From: a virus
Reading direction: 5' to 3' (one strand)
DNA: 64,000 nt
IMG/VR virus record: IMGVR_UViG_3300020048_000026
Span: 1-64,000 of that record
In this document: one piece after another, positions 39,886-50,640 of the stretch
How positions within the stretch are numbered: the stretch's first letter is position 1
Layout: each line of letters starts with the position of its first letter
Notes under the pieces: model-generated
Databases searched by the model: none
Told to the model about the DNA's origin: nothing
The model's input: only the letters and a program-made list of their open reading frames with translations
Translations under genes and position numbers: made by a program

Positions 39886-42800
39886 ATGGCAATTATTCGT
39901 ATAAGAGATTTAGAAACAGAGGAAAATTTAATAGGAGAGAATTACATACCTATTGATAGAGACGATTATTATTCAAATGCTAAAAAACTTTCATTATCAA
40001 ACTTCAATAATTATATTACTGGAATTACCTATAGTTTCTCATCAGGATTAACCTCAGGAACAGATGGAACTTCAGGTAGTTCAGGTAGTTCAGGAATCAA
40101 TGGAACCTCAGGTTCGTCTGGTAGTTCAGGTCAAGACGGAACCAATTTTGGAACATCAGGTTCATCAGGCTCATCAGGCATTGGCGTTAATGGAACCTCA
40201 GGTAGTTCAGGTAGTTCAGGTATTGATGGTACAAACTTTGGAACATCAGGCTCATCTGGTAGTTCAGGAATAGGAATATCAGGAACAGATGGATCTTCAG
40301 GATCATCAGGAAGTTCAGGTCAAGACGGAACTAATTTTGGAACATCTGGATCTTCAGGTAGTTCAGGTACTTCTGGTGGTGGAAGTGGAACCGCAGGATC
40401 ATCTGGAACAGATGGAAGTTCAGGGACAGATGGAACCAATGGAACTTCAGGTAGTTCAGGAACTAATGGAACCAATGGAACCTCAGGTAGTTCAGGAACA
40501 GATGGAATCAACGGAACTTCAGGTAGTTCAGGTCAAGATGGAACATCAGGCTCATCAGGAACCAATGGTAGTTCAGGTAGTTCAGGATCGGATGGAACCT
40601 CAGGTAGTTCAGGAACTAATGGAACCAATGGAACCTCAGGTAGTTCAGGAATTTTACCACCATTAGGTACTAGTGGTGAATTGGTTTATACTGATCCATT
40701 GGCAACTTATGGATATAATGTAAATTTAGGATTAATTTTTTCTGGAAACACTTTATCTTTATCAGGTATAGGATTTAAATATGCTAATGGTTCTGAAGGT
40801 GTTGAAAAAATTCTTACAAGTGATGTTTTTGGTAATGCTGAATGGATAAGTGTTGTAACTGGAATAACAGATGTAATTGATAGAACATTTGATTTGAAAA
40901 TTTCAAATCAAGTATTATCTGTAGTACCGTATGCGACTAAAAAATCTTCTGATCCAGGATTTGCATATTTTTATTTAACAGGAAATACGAGTGGTCAAAC
41001 TCCAACATTTTATAATCCTTTGACTTTAGATGGCTATTTAAATTCTACAGGACAAAATATCTATACTATTGAAAATACTTCAGTTTTGGGTCCTGAATTG
41101 AATGTGAATCCTGATGGATGGACCGTAACAGGTGATGCTGTTAGTGTTGGAAGTGGAAAATACACTTTTAATACAAGTGGCGTAGCAGGTTCAATAAGTT
41201 ATAATTTTGGAACATTTTCATTATCTGATGTTTATATTTTTATTTTTTATTTTTCAAATGCTGTTGGTGGCGGTTTTCCTGGAATTACATTTGCTGGTGC
41301 TACTAAAACCTATATGGGTGGTTCTTATTCAGGATCTCAATTTAATCATTATGAAATTAATCCTTTAAATGTATCTGGTGTTTGTACATTAACAGTTGAT
41401 GCTGGTGCATATTCAAATTATTATATTAATCAAATAACAGTTAAAAAAGTATTGGCTCCTTCAAATAAATATATTACTCATTACACAACTGGTACAACTT
41501 CTAATGAATTTAGATCATCATATTCAAATGAAAATATTTCTGTTGGATTGGATTCTGGTAAATATCTTGTACCAACAAACACCAATATACCTACTGGAAC
41601 AGGTAATTTATCATTTGGAAAACAATCAATCTATAAGGCTACTGTGGCTACTGATAACCTAGCATTTGGAAATTATTCACAATGGGATTTGAGAGAGGGT
41701 GAGGATAATATAAGTATTGGAAATTATTCTTTATATTCCAATAAATTAGGTATAAGAAATATTGCAATTGGATCAAGGGCTCTTTTTACAACAACATCTA
41801 ATTATAATATAGCCATAGGGTATAGAGTTATGTCATTAGCCACTTCGGCATCTAGCAATGTTGGTATTGGAGTTGGTGTAATGCAATCTCTAACTACTGG
41901 CACATATAATACAGCAGTAGGGGCAAATAGTTCATTGGCTGTAACAAGCGCAAGTTATAATACTTCTTTGGGGACTGGATCTTTGCAAAATAATAGCACT
42001 GGTTCACATAACACTGGCGTGGGATCTTATTCTTTTACTTCGGTTTCATCTGGGACTTTAAATGTGGGGTTGGGGTATTATGCTGGATATGGAATATCTA
42101 CGGGCAGTTATAACGTACATTTAGGCCCTTACGCTGGCGGTGGATCAACTGATTATTCAAAAGAAGTATCGCAATATGCTTATAATTCGGCTGATAATAA
42201 TAATGTTTTCATTGGAAATTTAGCATCAAAATCAACATATACGGCAGCAGCGACATCTAATAGTGTAGCAATTGGGATAGATGCAAAAATATATCAAGAT
42301 AATCAAGTTACATTGGGTGGTAATAATGTATCATCAACATTTTTAAAAGGATCTGTTGAACTTCGAGATTTCACAATACTTGCTAACGAAACATTGAGTG
42401 ATATAAATCCTATTGATAATTCAAAATGGACAACAACAGGTGATATGTCGGTTTTACCCGGAAGCGGATTAACATATACTTATAATACAGGTTCTGGAAT
42501 ATTTTCCCAAACATTTGGTAATCAATTAAATCCTTTGAAGGGAAACAGGTGGTATAAAGTTATTCTTACTACAGCGGGCACACTGGCAATTCCTGGTCCT
42601 TATTATTCAACTTTTACTATATCAATTACAGGAAACACATTTGCCCCAACAACATTAAATTTTTATCCTTATACAAACACATCTCAATTTTTATATTTAA
42701 AAACTGTTACTAACCCAACTGATATAACATTTAATATAACTTGTGCACTAGGAACAGGTAATGGGATAGTTAGAATTTCAAATATAAGTATCAAAGAATG

Positions 42801-43161
42801 TATTGGTGGTGATTTATTTGTAAATAGAAAAATTACAGGATATGGTCCAAATGTAAGATTTCAATTAGATCCAACTGTTATAAACTCGGGCACAAGTACA
42901 GCATATTTCTTTGATACTGAAAATATATTAACTGCAACTGGCTCTACACTATTATCAATAAGAAATAGTGGTCAAACTAAATTTGATGTTGATTATGATG
43001 GAAATACTCAAATTCCTTTAGGAAAAGCAACATATCATAGACAAGTTATGGGTATTGATACTGTTGGTGATTGGAGACAATGGGCAAGTATAACTAATTT
43101 TTATACTGATATTTGTACAAGTATAAATCCAACTGTTTGGACTAATAAACAAACATTATGA
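39886..43161 (+). CDS. Fibre/adhesin-like virion protein with Gly-X-Y repeats and YadA-head-like NxAxG repeats
   Basis: GTSGSS tract, then NLAFG/NISIG/NIAIG/NVGIG/NTAVG/NTSLG repeats. Confidence 0.72.
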   Translation: MAIIRIRDLETEENLIGENYIPIDRDDYYSNAKKLSLSNFNNYITGITYSFSSGLTSGTDGTSGSSGSSGINGTSGSSGSSGQDGTNFGTSGSSGSSGIGVNGTSGSSGSSGIDGTNFGTSGSSGSSGIGISGTDGSSGSSGSSGQDGTNFGTSGSSGSSGTSGGGSGTAGSSGTDGSSGTDGTNGTSGSSGTNGTNGTSGSSGTDGINGTSGSSGQDGTSGSSGTNGSSGSSGSDGTSGSSGTNGTNGTSGSSGILPPLGTSGELVYTDPLATYGYNVNLGLIFSGNTLSLSGIGFKYANGSEGVEKILTSDVFGNAEWISVVTGITDVIDRTFDLKISNQVLSVVPYATKKSSDPGFAYFYLTGNTSGQTPTFYNPLTLDGYLNSTGQNIYTIENTSVLGPELNVNPDGWTVTGDAVSVGSGKYTFNTSGVAGSISYNFGTFSLSDVYIFIFYFSNAVGGGFPGITFAGATKTYMGGSYSGSQFNHYEINPLNVSGVCTLTVDAGAYSNYYINQITVKKVLAPSNKYITHYTTGTTSNEFRSSYSNENISVGLDSGKYLVPTNTNIPTGTGNLSFGKQSIYKATVATDNLAFGNYSQWDLREGEDNISIGNYSLYSNKLGIRNIAIGSRALFTTTSNYNIAIGYRVMSLATSASSNVGIGVGVMQSLTTGTYNTAVGANSSLAVTSASYNTSLGTGSLQNNSTGSHNTGVGSYSFTSVSSGTLNVGLGYYAGYGISTGSYNVHLGPYAGGGSTDYSKEVSQYAYNSADNNNVFIGNLASKSTYTAAATSNSVAIGIDAKIYQDNQVTLGGNNVSSTFLKGSVELRDFTILANETLSDINPIDNSKWTTTGDMSVLPGSGLTYTYNTGSGIFSQTFGNQLNPLKGNRWYKVILTTAGTLAIPGPYYSTFTISITGNTFAPTTLNFYPYTNTSQFLYLKTVTNPTDITFNITCALGTGNGIVRISNISIKECIGGDLFVNRKITGYGPNVRFQLDPTVINSGTSTAYFFDTENILTATGSTLLSIRNSGQTKFDVDYDGNTQIPLGKATYHRQVMGIDTVGDWRQWASITNFYTDICTSINPTVWTNKQTL

Positions 43162-43506
43162 GTTTGGTAAAACAAAATCATTACTTATTCCACCAGCGTT
43201 TCCTCTTGCCGCAGGTGAATAATCTGTACCTACTGGTTGTTCTTGAGTCCAAGATGGTTTATAAGGTTCTTTCATATCATCAGTTTTATTAATAACCATA
43301 CCTTTATCAAAAGGTATAGGTCTTTGATGAGGAAAAGGATTATTTTGAGTATTGAAAGAAAACTGATAATGAATACCGTCTTCTGTGATGATTTTAACAG
43401 GTACAATTTCTCTTTTATCTGTTTTTGGTATTTTATAGAGAATTAATACTATGTCTCCAAGATTAAAGCCACCTAGTTGTTCGTATAATTTAAAGTTTGT
43501 TATCAT
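43156..43506 (-). CDS. Hypothetical, CTS-like leader (MITNFKLYE)
   Basis: Shared leader. Confidence 0.6.
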   Translation of the reverse strand: MITNFKLYEQLGGFNLGDIVLILYKIPKTDKREIVPVKIITEDGIHYQFSFNTQNNPFPHQRPIPFDKGMVINKTDDMKEPYKPSWTQEQPVGTDYSPAARGNAGGISNDFVLPNS

Positions 43507-43952
43507 TATAAGTTATATTTTTTTACATTTTTATAGAATTCAATTTCTTCTGGTGTTAATATTATTTCTCCTATATATATTGATTTTTTTGTTGGTTTTC
43601 CTTTAGCCGAGAAATGAGATTTTATATTATCATCATTATAACTTGTATCTTCAATTTCTTCACTTATAGTATTTATATATTTTTTACTTGTTGGGTACCC
43701 CACACGATGTTTATCAACTTCATAAAAATCCCAAATATCATCGTAGAATCGCAAGAAAAATCCTTTATATTGATTAAAATAATCATCTTCTTCATTTTTA
43801 AAATATTCAATTATATCATTTTTTATTGATTCACTAACATTAATTTTTTTTATCGTTAAAAAAAATAATTCTTTTGTATTTTTATTTACAAATGGAATAT
43901 AACAATGAAAAATCTTTTCTTTATTTTCAAATATTTTAAAATTTGTTATCAT
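43506..43952 (-). CDS. Hypothetical, CTS-like leader (MITNFKIFE) and KYNL C-terminus
   Basis: Shared terminal motifs; tail resembles that of 4902..5384. Confidence 0.6.
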   Translation of the reverse strand: MITNFKIFENKEKIFHCYIPFVNKNTKELFFLTIKKINVSESIKNDIIEYFKNEEDDYFNQYKGFFLRFYDDIWDFYEVDKHRVGYPTSKKYINTISEEIEDTSYNDDNIKSHFSAKGKPTKKSIYIGEIILTPEEIEFYKNVKKYNL

Positions 43953-44279
43953 AAATTATATTTTTGTGCTGAATTTTTTAATTCCCATTCTTCTAAAGTT
44001 ATAAAATCCTTTTTTAAAAAAAATTTTTTTCTTTTTATTTTTCCTTTTTCATTATAACTATCTCTAACATACTTATCGTCTTTATCTTTAACTCTAATTA
44101 AAGCATTATCAATACTTACAATTTCATAACTATAATCTTTAACTAATATACCTCTTGATGAATAATAATCTAATGGTGCCATTCTTCTTATTCCATTTAC
44201 TGCAACAATAATATCACCTACTTTCCAATCAGAATGTGATTCAAATAACTTAAAATTTGTTATCATAAATTATATTTTT
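43936..44279. repeat. Exact 30-nt direct repeat at gene junctions (43936-43965 and 44250-44279)
   Basis: ttaaaatttgttatcataaattatattttt at both sites; encodes KYNL-stop overlapping MITNFK. Confidence 0.9.
43949..44266 (-). CDS. Hypothetical, CTS-like leader (MITNFKLFE) and KYNL C-terminus
   Basis: Shared terminal motifs. Confidence 0.6.
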   Translation of the reverse strand: MITNFKLFESHSDWKVGDIIVAVNGIRRMAPLDYYSSRGILVKDYSYEIVSIDNALIRVKDKDDKYVRDSYNEKGKIKRKKFFLKKDFITLEEWELKNSAQKYNL

Positions 44280-44748
44280 TGTCAGCATCTATAATATGTT
44301 CAAATTCTTCTTTTCCAAACACATCCATGTATGGTGCTCTCTTTTCTTTTATATAAAAATTATATAGTTCCATAAAGAGTTTTTGATTATTATTAGCAAC
44401 TTCATCTATACTTTTAATATCTGTTATATTTAACATATTTACTCTATATTTAGAATAAAAATCTTTAAAGATGATAGATTTTCCTGGTTGTGAGTAAGAT
44501 ATAGAAGTATCATTTGTATCTAATTCTATTTTTGATGGTATAAAAATCTTTTTTTCATCAACAAAAACAACAAATTCTTTAACAAAATCATTATATTGAT
44601 GAATATCATGTTTAATATTAAATAATATTTCATCTATTTCATTTAAATCTGACTTCCATTTTTTGAGAATATCCATGTCAATATTAGCATATTCATCATA
44701 TTCTTTATAATGTACATCAGCCATTTCATTAAATTTTTGTATTTTCAT
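44263..44748 (-). CDS. Hypothetical, CTS-like leader (MKIQKFNE) and KYNL C-terminus
   Basis: Shared terminal motifs. Confidence 0.6.
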   Translation of the reverse strand: MKIQKFNEMADVHYKEYDEYANIDMDILKKWKSDLNEIDEILFNIKHDIHQYNDFVKEFVVFVDEKKIFIPSKIELDTNDTSISYSQPGKSIIFKDFYSKYRVNMLNITDIKSIDEVANNNQKLFMELYNFYIKEKRAPYMDVFGKEEFEHIIDADKKYNL

Positions 44749-45090
44749 TTAGAAATCTGTTTTTAATTCTTCTTCGGTTTTAATTTGAATCATATTACTA
44801 TCTGCCCAATCATAAATATCATCCCATACAGAAGAACTTTCAACAATTTTATTCTTTTCTTCTGTTAATCTATCAATTAATTCCTTTAATTTTGTCCAAG
44901 CATTTTCAGAGGTTTTCTTTAAAATTAAATCTTTTTGATTATTTAAAAAATTGATATATTGTTCGTTAAATGTTGATAATTCATTACTATTTTCGTATAT
45001 TGAATCTTTCCATATTTTAGATATATCTAAGACTAATTTCCAGTCTTCTTCATTTTTACTCTGTTCAAATAATTTAAAGCTTGTTATCAT
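44749..45090 (-). CDS. Hypothetical, CTS-like leader (MITSFKLFE)
   Basis: Shared leader; TATATA motif upstream. Confidence 0.6.
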   Translation of the reverse strand: MITSFKLFEQSKNEEDWKLVLDISKIWKDSIYENSNELSTFNEQYINFLNNQKDLILKKTSENAWTKLKELIDRLTEEKNKIVESSSVWDDIYDWADSNMIQIKTEEELKTDF

Positions 45091-45177
45091 AAATCATATA
45101 TATAAAAATTATAAATATAAATTTTACTTAAACAATTACTTTATTTTGTTATATATTTTAAAAAATAATAGTGAATT

Positions 45178-45810
45178 ATGCTAAATCCAAAAGTTAGTGT
45201 TATTATGGCTTCATATTTATTACCATATCCAGGAAGCCGTTCTAATCCAGATAAAAAGTTTATTCGTGCTGTTAATAGCTTCAAAAAACAAATTTATCAA
45301 AATAAAGAATTAGTTATTGTTTCTGATGGTTGTCCATTAACAGTTGATTTATACAATAAATATTTTTCTAATGATTCAAATATCAAATTATTACAAATAC
45401 CAAAACAACAACTTTATTCAGGTGAAATGAGAAATGCCGCACTCAATTTAGTTGATGGTGATATAATTTCTTATTTAGATACCGATGATGTATTAGGACC
45501 AAAACATTTACAAACAATAGTGGATCAATTTGATATGGAAAATTATGATTTTGTTTTTTACAATGATTATATGGTTCTTGATCCAACTTTCAAAAAATTA
45601 CAATTAAGAATAGTTGAGCCTCGTTGGGCTAGTATAGGTACTAGTTCTGTTAGTCATAAAAATCTTAGAAATGTAAGTTGGTCTAAATCTGGTGGTTATG
45701 GACATGATTTTTTATTTGTTTTTAACATGGCAAGTCAAGGTTTAAGATATAAAAAATTAGAAAAAGTTCCTGAATATTTAGTTTGTCACTATTATAATGG
45801 TGATTTTTAA
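45178..45810 (+). CDS. GT2 family glycosyltransferase
   Basis: VSVIMASY, ELVIVSDG, RNAAL, YLDTDD. Confidence 0.9.
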   Translation: MLNPKVSVIMASYLLPYPGSRSNPDKKFIRAVNSFKKQIYQNKELVIVSDGCPLTVDLYNKYFSNDSNIKLLQIPKQQLYSGEMRNAALNLVDGDIISYLDTDDVLGPKHLQTIVDQFDMENYDFVFYNDYMVLDPTFKKLQLRIVEPRWASIGTSSVSHKNLRNVSWSKSGGYGHDFLFVFNMASQGLRYKKLEKVPEYLVCHYYNGDF

Positions 45811-45823
45811 AAAATTATAAAAT

Positions 45824-46597
45824 ATGAAAAATAAATTTTATGTACATGGTACAGATGAATTAGTAGATTTGGAAGTTGATTCTTCAATTTTAATAAATAA
45901 TTGGGGAAGAAGATTTGAAGTTTTATATCCAGAATCTGTTGCGTATTACGAAATCTATAAAAGAGAAGATTATTTCAAAGGTGATTGTATTATTTTACCA
46001 GGTGATATTGTAGTTGATTGTGGTGGTAATGTAGGAATTTTTACATCAATGGCACTTGATATGGGAGCAGCAAGAGTATTATCCTTTGAACCTTTTGTTA
46101 ATAACTTTGAAATAAATAAAAAAAATAATCCTAACGCAGAAGTTTTCTGTAACGCAGTTTCAAATAAAACAGGTGACAAAACTGAGTTATTATATACATC
46201 ATCAGGGAATGGTGGTCATACTATAATTGAATCTGAAATTGATAGACAAGTTGGTCTTTATGAACATAAAAACCTATTCGTAACTACAGTAACTTTAGAT
46301 GATATAATTTCTCAAAATTATCTTGATCATATTGATTTTTTAAAAATTGATACAGAAGGCGCAGAACTAAAAATTCTTGAAGGATTATCTGATACAAATT
46401 TAAATAAAATTAGATGTATAGCATTAGAATACCACCATAATGTTTTTAATTATGATGATGATATTTTTATTAATTTCCAACAAAGATTCCTTAATAATGG
46501 ATTTAATGTATTTACCTGGATATTAGATAATTATACAAGAATGGTTTATATTAGTAGAGGTGATGTATTCGTCATAAATCCAAAACATCCAGTATGA
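45824..46597 (+). CDS. FkbM-family methyltransferase
   Basis: VVDCGGNVG, SFEP, TLDD, IDFLKIDTEGAE, EYH. Confidence 0.92.
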   Translation: MKNKFYVHGTDELVDLEVDSSILINNWGRRFEVLYPESVAYYEIYKREDYFKGDCIILPGDIVVDCGGNVGIFTSMALDMGAARVLSFEPFVNNFEINKKNNPNAEVFCNAVSNKTGDKTELLYTSSGNGGHTIIESEIDRQVGLYEHKNLFVTTVTLDDIISQNYLDHIDFLKIDTEGAELKILEGLSDTNLNKIRCIALEYHHNVFNYDDDIFINFQQRFLNNGFNVFTWILDNYTRMVYISRGDVFVINPKHPV

Positions 46598-46965
46598 CAG
46601 ATTTTACAATTAAAAAAGAAGAACATATAAAATTCATAATAGACAATTTTGATTTTGTCGCAGTTAAAAAATATATGGATTGTGTAAATTGGAAATGGGT
46701 AGGAATATCACCTGATATAAATGCTTTAATTGAAAATGCCACACAATTGTTAAACGATGTGTATAATAGAGATGTTATATCTATATCAACAGGAGGATTT
46801 AAAGCTACAAAATATGATGATCATTTAGAATTAGAATTTATACTTTCTAGTTGGAGAAGTGAAATTTTAAATTATGGACCTGAATATGAAAAACTTAAGA
46901 AAATAAAACTTAGAAAAAGAAAACTTAGAACAATAACTCAAAACTTACAAAATGAAAACTATTGA
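46594..46965 (+). CDS. Hypothetical with RxxKL tail
   Basis: FDF..V...M....W.W, STGGF, ends LRKRKLRTI. Confidence 0.6.
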   Translation: MTDFTIKKEEHIKFIIDNFDFVAVKKYMDCVNWKWVGISPDINALIENATQLLNDVYNRDVISISTGGFKATKYDDHLELEFILSSWRSEILNYGPEYEKLKKIKLRKRKLRTITQNLQNENY

Positions 46966-47188
46966 AATTTACGAAAAAACAAAGACAAAAAAATTACAAC
47001 TTCTATTAAATCAATATGAAACTTATGTTGAAAATGGTAATCTTATTTTAGAAAAATTTGAAGAAAATAATGTTAAGGATGAAGGTTACGTAGCATTAAA
47101 GAATAAAGTTAATGATTATGAAATAGATGTTCATTTAATCCGCATGATACTTACAAAAAGATTATGGTTTGAGGACCAAAAAGAGTAA
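46952..47188 (+). CDS. Hypothetical protein
   Basis: ORF ending in a terminator. Confidence 0.55.
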   Translation: MKTIEIYEKTKTKKLQLLLNQYETYVENGNLILEKFEENNVKDEGYVALKNKVNDYEIDVHLIRMILTKRLWFEDQKE

Positions 47189-47246
47189 TATAAAATATTA
47201 CTCTTTTTGAGGACCAAAAAGAGTAATATAAAATATTACTCTTTTT
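47168..47246. repeat. Tandem 38-nt duplication, each copy holding a terminator hairpin
   Basis: tttgaggaccaaaaagagtaatataaaatattactctt twice. Confidence 0.9.
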
Positions 47247-47299
47247 ATTTTTATGGAGTTCTAAATTTTATATATAATATAAAATATTAGAATTTTTAT

Positions 47300-49984
47300 A
47301 TGGCAACACCTCTTTATAAACCAATGAAATCAAAGGGAACATCTTTCTATTGTTTCCCTAGTGCCGCAAGCGATTTAAATTTAGCAAATTATAATGATTA
47401 TTATGATCTTAATTTTACTAAATTTATGTTATTAAATATTCCTCGTCTTGAAAACGGTAGTCCAAATCCTACAGATGGTATTTTTGATTTTATTCCAAAA
47501 AGTAGAATAGGTGAAAATCCTTTCTATTCAGATGATCCAAATTATACAACACCAACAAAATTATCAGATCAGATAGTTGAGTCTTTAAGAAATTATGTTG
47601 CTAATTATGATACATCTATACACGAAAGTAGAATAAATACAAATACAGATTTTTATAATATAGCAGAAAAATATACACCAACTGAGCACATTTTCTGGAA
47701 ATGGTGTAGAAAAATGAATATTATTGATTTTGAACCAGCAGTTCATAAAGTTGATTGGGATAAAAATCTTTCAGATTTTGATAATCCAAATGCATCAACA
47801 ATAACTAATGTAGATTATTTTAGAAAATATTTATGGAAAGAAAGAGAAGTTATTGATTATCAAACAATACATGTTGAAGAAAGTAATGATTATAATGGTA
47901 GTACTGGTACATATTCTACACCTAAATTTACATTAAATGAAATTACAAAATTTAAGGTAGGTGATAAAGTTATATTAAAAAGTGATGAATTATTAGATCA
48001 ATCAAGTTTAACCGCATTAACATTTGGTCAGGCTTATACAATTGGTCAAATAGAATTTAGTGGAAATACTACCACATATATTTGGTTGGATGTTGATTAT
48101 ACTGCTGGTCCGCCAGTTGATTTAACTTCAACTTATGTTTATTTGAAATATAATAGGTTAGTGCAGTATATTGGTGAAATTAATCAAATTACAAATATAC
48201 AAACTGCGTCAAGAGTTGGTCAAGAGGTTACGGCTTATATTCCACATCAAGCAGGTAGAACACCAACAGTTCTTTTTGGTACAAGAGATAACACAAATTA
48301 TTATCCAGATTTATCAATACCTATTTTAGCAAGTGAAATTCAAACGGAGATTGTTGGTGCAGAAAGTTTAAATTCACCAATAAGAACTGATCCACAGAAT
48401 TATCCAGGCTCATATTTCGGACAATTTGATACAGAAGATAATACTTACTTGTGTTCTAATGGAGATAGTGTTAGATATCAGGGAGATTATTATGGTGTTC
48501 AATTAACAGATAATACTGGATTAAATGCTGAAAATTATATAGAAAAATTAACTGAATTTAATTCAGATGCTATTGATGGACTTTTTATAGATGTTGATAG
48601 ATATCATTATTATAAAATGAATATTCCATCAATGGAAACAAGAAATTTTGATGAATTTAGTTCTATTTCTATACAAGGTCAAGCACCTGAAGATTTTGAT
48701 TTTAATGCTATTTTATGGTACTATGAATTAATAGAAAGAGATCAAAATAATAATATAAATTCCTATGTAAATTTATATGGAATTGAATTTCTAAACAATC
48801 CTGATAATGATGATGATAATTATGCCGAATTAATTACCCCATATCAGAAATTAGTAACAAATGGTGTTCATGATGGCTTATCTTATATGTTTAATTTAAA
48901 TCTTAATTATAATATTGATAATGATGTTTTACCATTAACTTATGATCCAAGTACAATTTATAATATGTTTGGATTTGATATGTATAATGAAATGATGAAA
49001 AGATTATATCAAGTTAATGAAAATTTTGTTAATATAATAGAGGAATTTGTAAGAATAAATATGGACCTTCAAGATATGAAGAGTTTAATCTATTCACAAA
49101 CTGATATAGATGATTTAAAGTCTAGAATGAAGAATATGGAAGAACTTTTGAGATTATATGCATCTAATCAATTTGTTGATTCAGATACTGCTAAAATATC
49201 AGTAGATAATTCTGGAATTTATCCTAAATTGAAATTTAATGTTGTTGGTGTTGAATATGATGAAATTAAAAATATAAGTACAACAGTTGCTTATAATTAT
49301 AATTTCACTAATACTGGTGCTTCTTATCCTGTTACTCTATCATTTACTAATAAGATGTTATTAAACATTGTAAATGATAACGTTTCAACCGATAGTGGAA
49401 ATGTTATTGTAATGTTAGATAGAGATCTTAGGAATAAACAAAGATTAGATATTATTATTAAGCCTGAATATGCACAATATGTACAGAAATTATACTTAAA
49501 TATGTTATTTAATTATAATAATACTAAATCAGAAATCAACATTTTTAATGTTGATTTACCAAAGGATATTGAGTCGTATAATGTTTTATTACCTGATTCA
49601 TCTGTATTTGCAGATAGTTATTATTTGAATGAAAATATTTATGTTAATTGTACTGATATAAATACTGGTGGAACATGGTGTTCAACAGGATTTACAGAAT
49701 TAGTTTTAACAGAAGATATATTTAAAACTGGTGATACTATTTATGTACAAAATTTATATCTACTTGATCCATCAGGAAATACATTGGATTATAGTGGTGC
49801 TTATAAAATCTTACAAAGAGTTGGTATTGATTTGACAATAGATTTACAAGCATATGGTTATAAACTATTAGGGCAGCCTAGGGTTAGTTATTATAGAGGT
49901 ATTCAAGTCTCTATACTCCGAGTGAATGGAGATGATAATACTACTTTTAATCAAAGATATGATGTATCTTACAAAATAATTTAA
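47300..49984 (+). CDS. Large structural protein, probably baseplate or tail
   Basis: Late motif upstream; in operon with the gp6-like gene; no specific family recognised. Confidence 0.5.
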   Translation: MATPLYKPMKSKGTSFYCFPSAASDLNLANYNDYYDLNFTKFMLLNIPRLENGSPNPTDGIFDFIPKSRIGENPFYSDDPNYTTPTKLSDQIVESLRNYVANYDTSIHESRINTNTDFYNIAEKYTPTEHIFWKWCRKMNIIDFEPAVHKVDWDKNLSDFDNPNASTITNVDYFRKYLWKEREVIDYQTIHVEESNDYNGSTGTYSTPKFTLNEITKFKVGDKVILKSDELLDQSSLTALTFGQAYTIGQIEFSGNTTTYIWLDVDYTAGPPVDLTSTYVYLKYNRLVQYIGEINQITNIQTASRVGQEVTAYIPHQAGRTPTVLFGTRDNTNYYPDLSIPILASEIQTEIVGAESLNSPIRTDPQNYPGSYFGQFDTEDNTYLCSNGDSVRYQGDYYGVQLTDNTGLNAENYIEKLTEFNSDAIDGLFIDVDRYHYYKMNIPSMETRNFDEFSSISIQGQAPEDFDFNAILWYYELIERDQNNNINSYVNLYGIEFLNNPDNDDDNYAELITPYQKLVTNGVHDGLSYMFNLNLNYNIDNDVLPLTYDPSTIYNMFGFDMYNEMMKRLYQVNENFVNIIEEFVRINMDLQDMKSLIYSQTDIDDLKSRMKNMEELLRLYASNQFVDSDTAKISVDNSGIYPKLKFNVVGVEYDEIKNISTTVAYNYNFTNTGASYPVTLSFTNKMLLNIVNDNVSTDSGNVIVMLDRDLRNKQRLDIIIKPEYAQYVQKLYLNMLFNYNNTKSEINIFNVDLPKDIESYNVLLPDSSVFADSYYLNENIYVNCTDINTGGTWCSTGFTELVLTEDIFKTGDTIYVQNLYLLDPSGNTLDYSGAYKILQRVGIDLTIDLQAYGYKLLGQPRVSYYRGIQVSILRVNGDDNTTFNQRYDVSYKII

Positions 49985-49987
49985 TGA

Positions 49988-50638
49988 ATGGATATTTTAG
50001 TTGGAGACTTAGTAAATAAAATAAAAAAAGTTTTTGATTCTACAAAGGTACTTTCTGTTGAAAGTGTTTATGAAAAAACAGAATCAAGTGATTTGAAGTT
50101 GGTTATTTCAATGAACAAAATTTTATATGATGATGTTAATGTTATTTATACAAAATTGATATTTGTTACAGATGCAAGTAAAGCTAAGATTATAAAGAAC
50201 AATTTTACTTATTTATTTGATATTAATTGTGAATATGTTAGAGTTGATTTTTCTAGTATAGAAGATTTCTCAACTAAAATTTCAAATATTTTCAAAGAAA
50301 ATAAATTTGGTGAAAATATTAAAACTTTATCAAAATTTGTCAAATCTCCTTCAACATTAATAAATGAATGGTTTCAAGAAAACGATATTACTGATATTTC
50401 AGTTACAAATGTAAAAGAAGATAAAATATCAATTATGCCTTGTAAATCATTATATTTTAAGTTTATTATTGATTTAAATAATAACCAAAATATAGAATTA
50501 ACAATTTCAAAAGAAAAAGAAACCGAATATGTATATCAATTCAAATTTTTAGATAATATATATGAAGATAAACAATCAAATTTAAATACACTTGTTGAAA
50601 CAATAGGTGATAATCTTAAAAATAAAATTAAAATGTAA
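49988..50638 (+). CDS. Hypothetical protein
   Basis: ORF in the baseplate operon. Confidence 0.6.
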   Translation: MDILVGDLVNKIKKVFDSTKVLSVESVYEKTESSDLKLVISMNKILYDDVNVIYTKLIFVTDASKAKIIKNNFTYLFDINCEYVRVDFSSIEDFSTKISNIFKENKFGENIKTLSKFVKSPSTLINEWFQENDITDISVTNVKEDKISIMPCKSLYFKFIIDLNNNQNIELTISKEKETEYVYQFKFLDNIYEDKQSNLNTLVETIGDNLKNKIKM

Positions 50639-50640
50639 AG

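Noticed and set aside
37069-40666. Alternative-frame and antisense ORFs (MVHQVVQ.., MVPEVP..) in the fibre genes, and similar ones in the portal and scaffold tails
   Set aside because: These are shadows of low-complexity coding repeats that lack stop codons.
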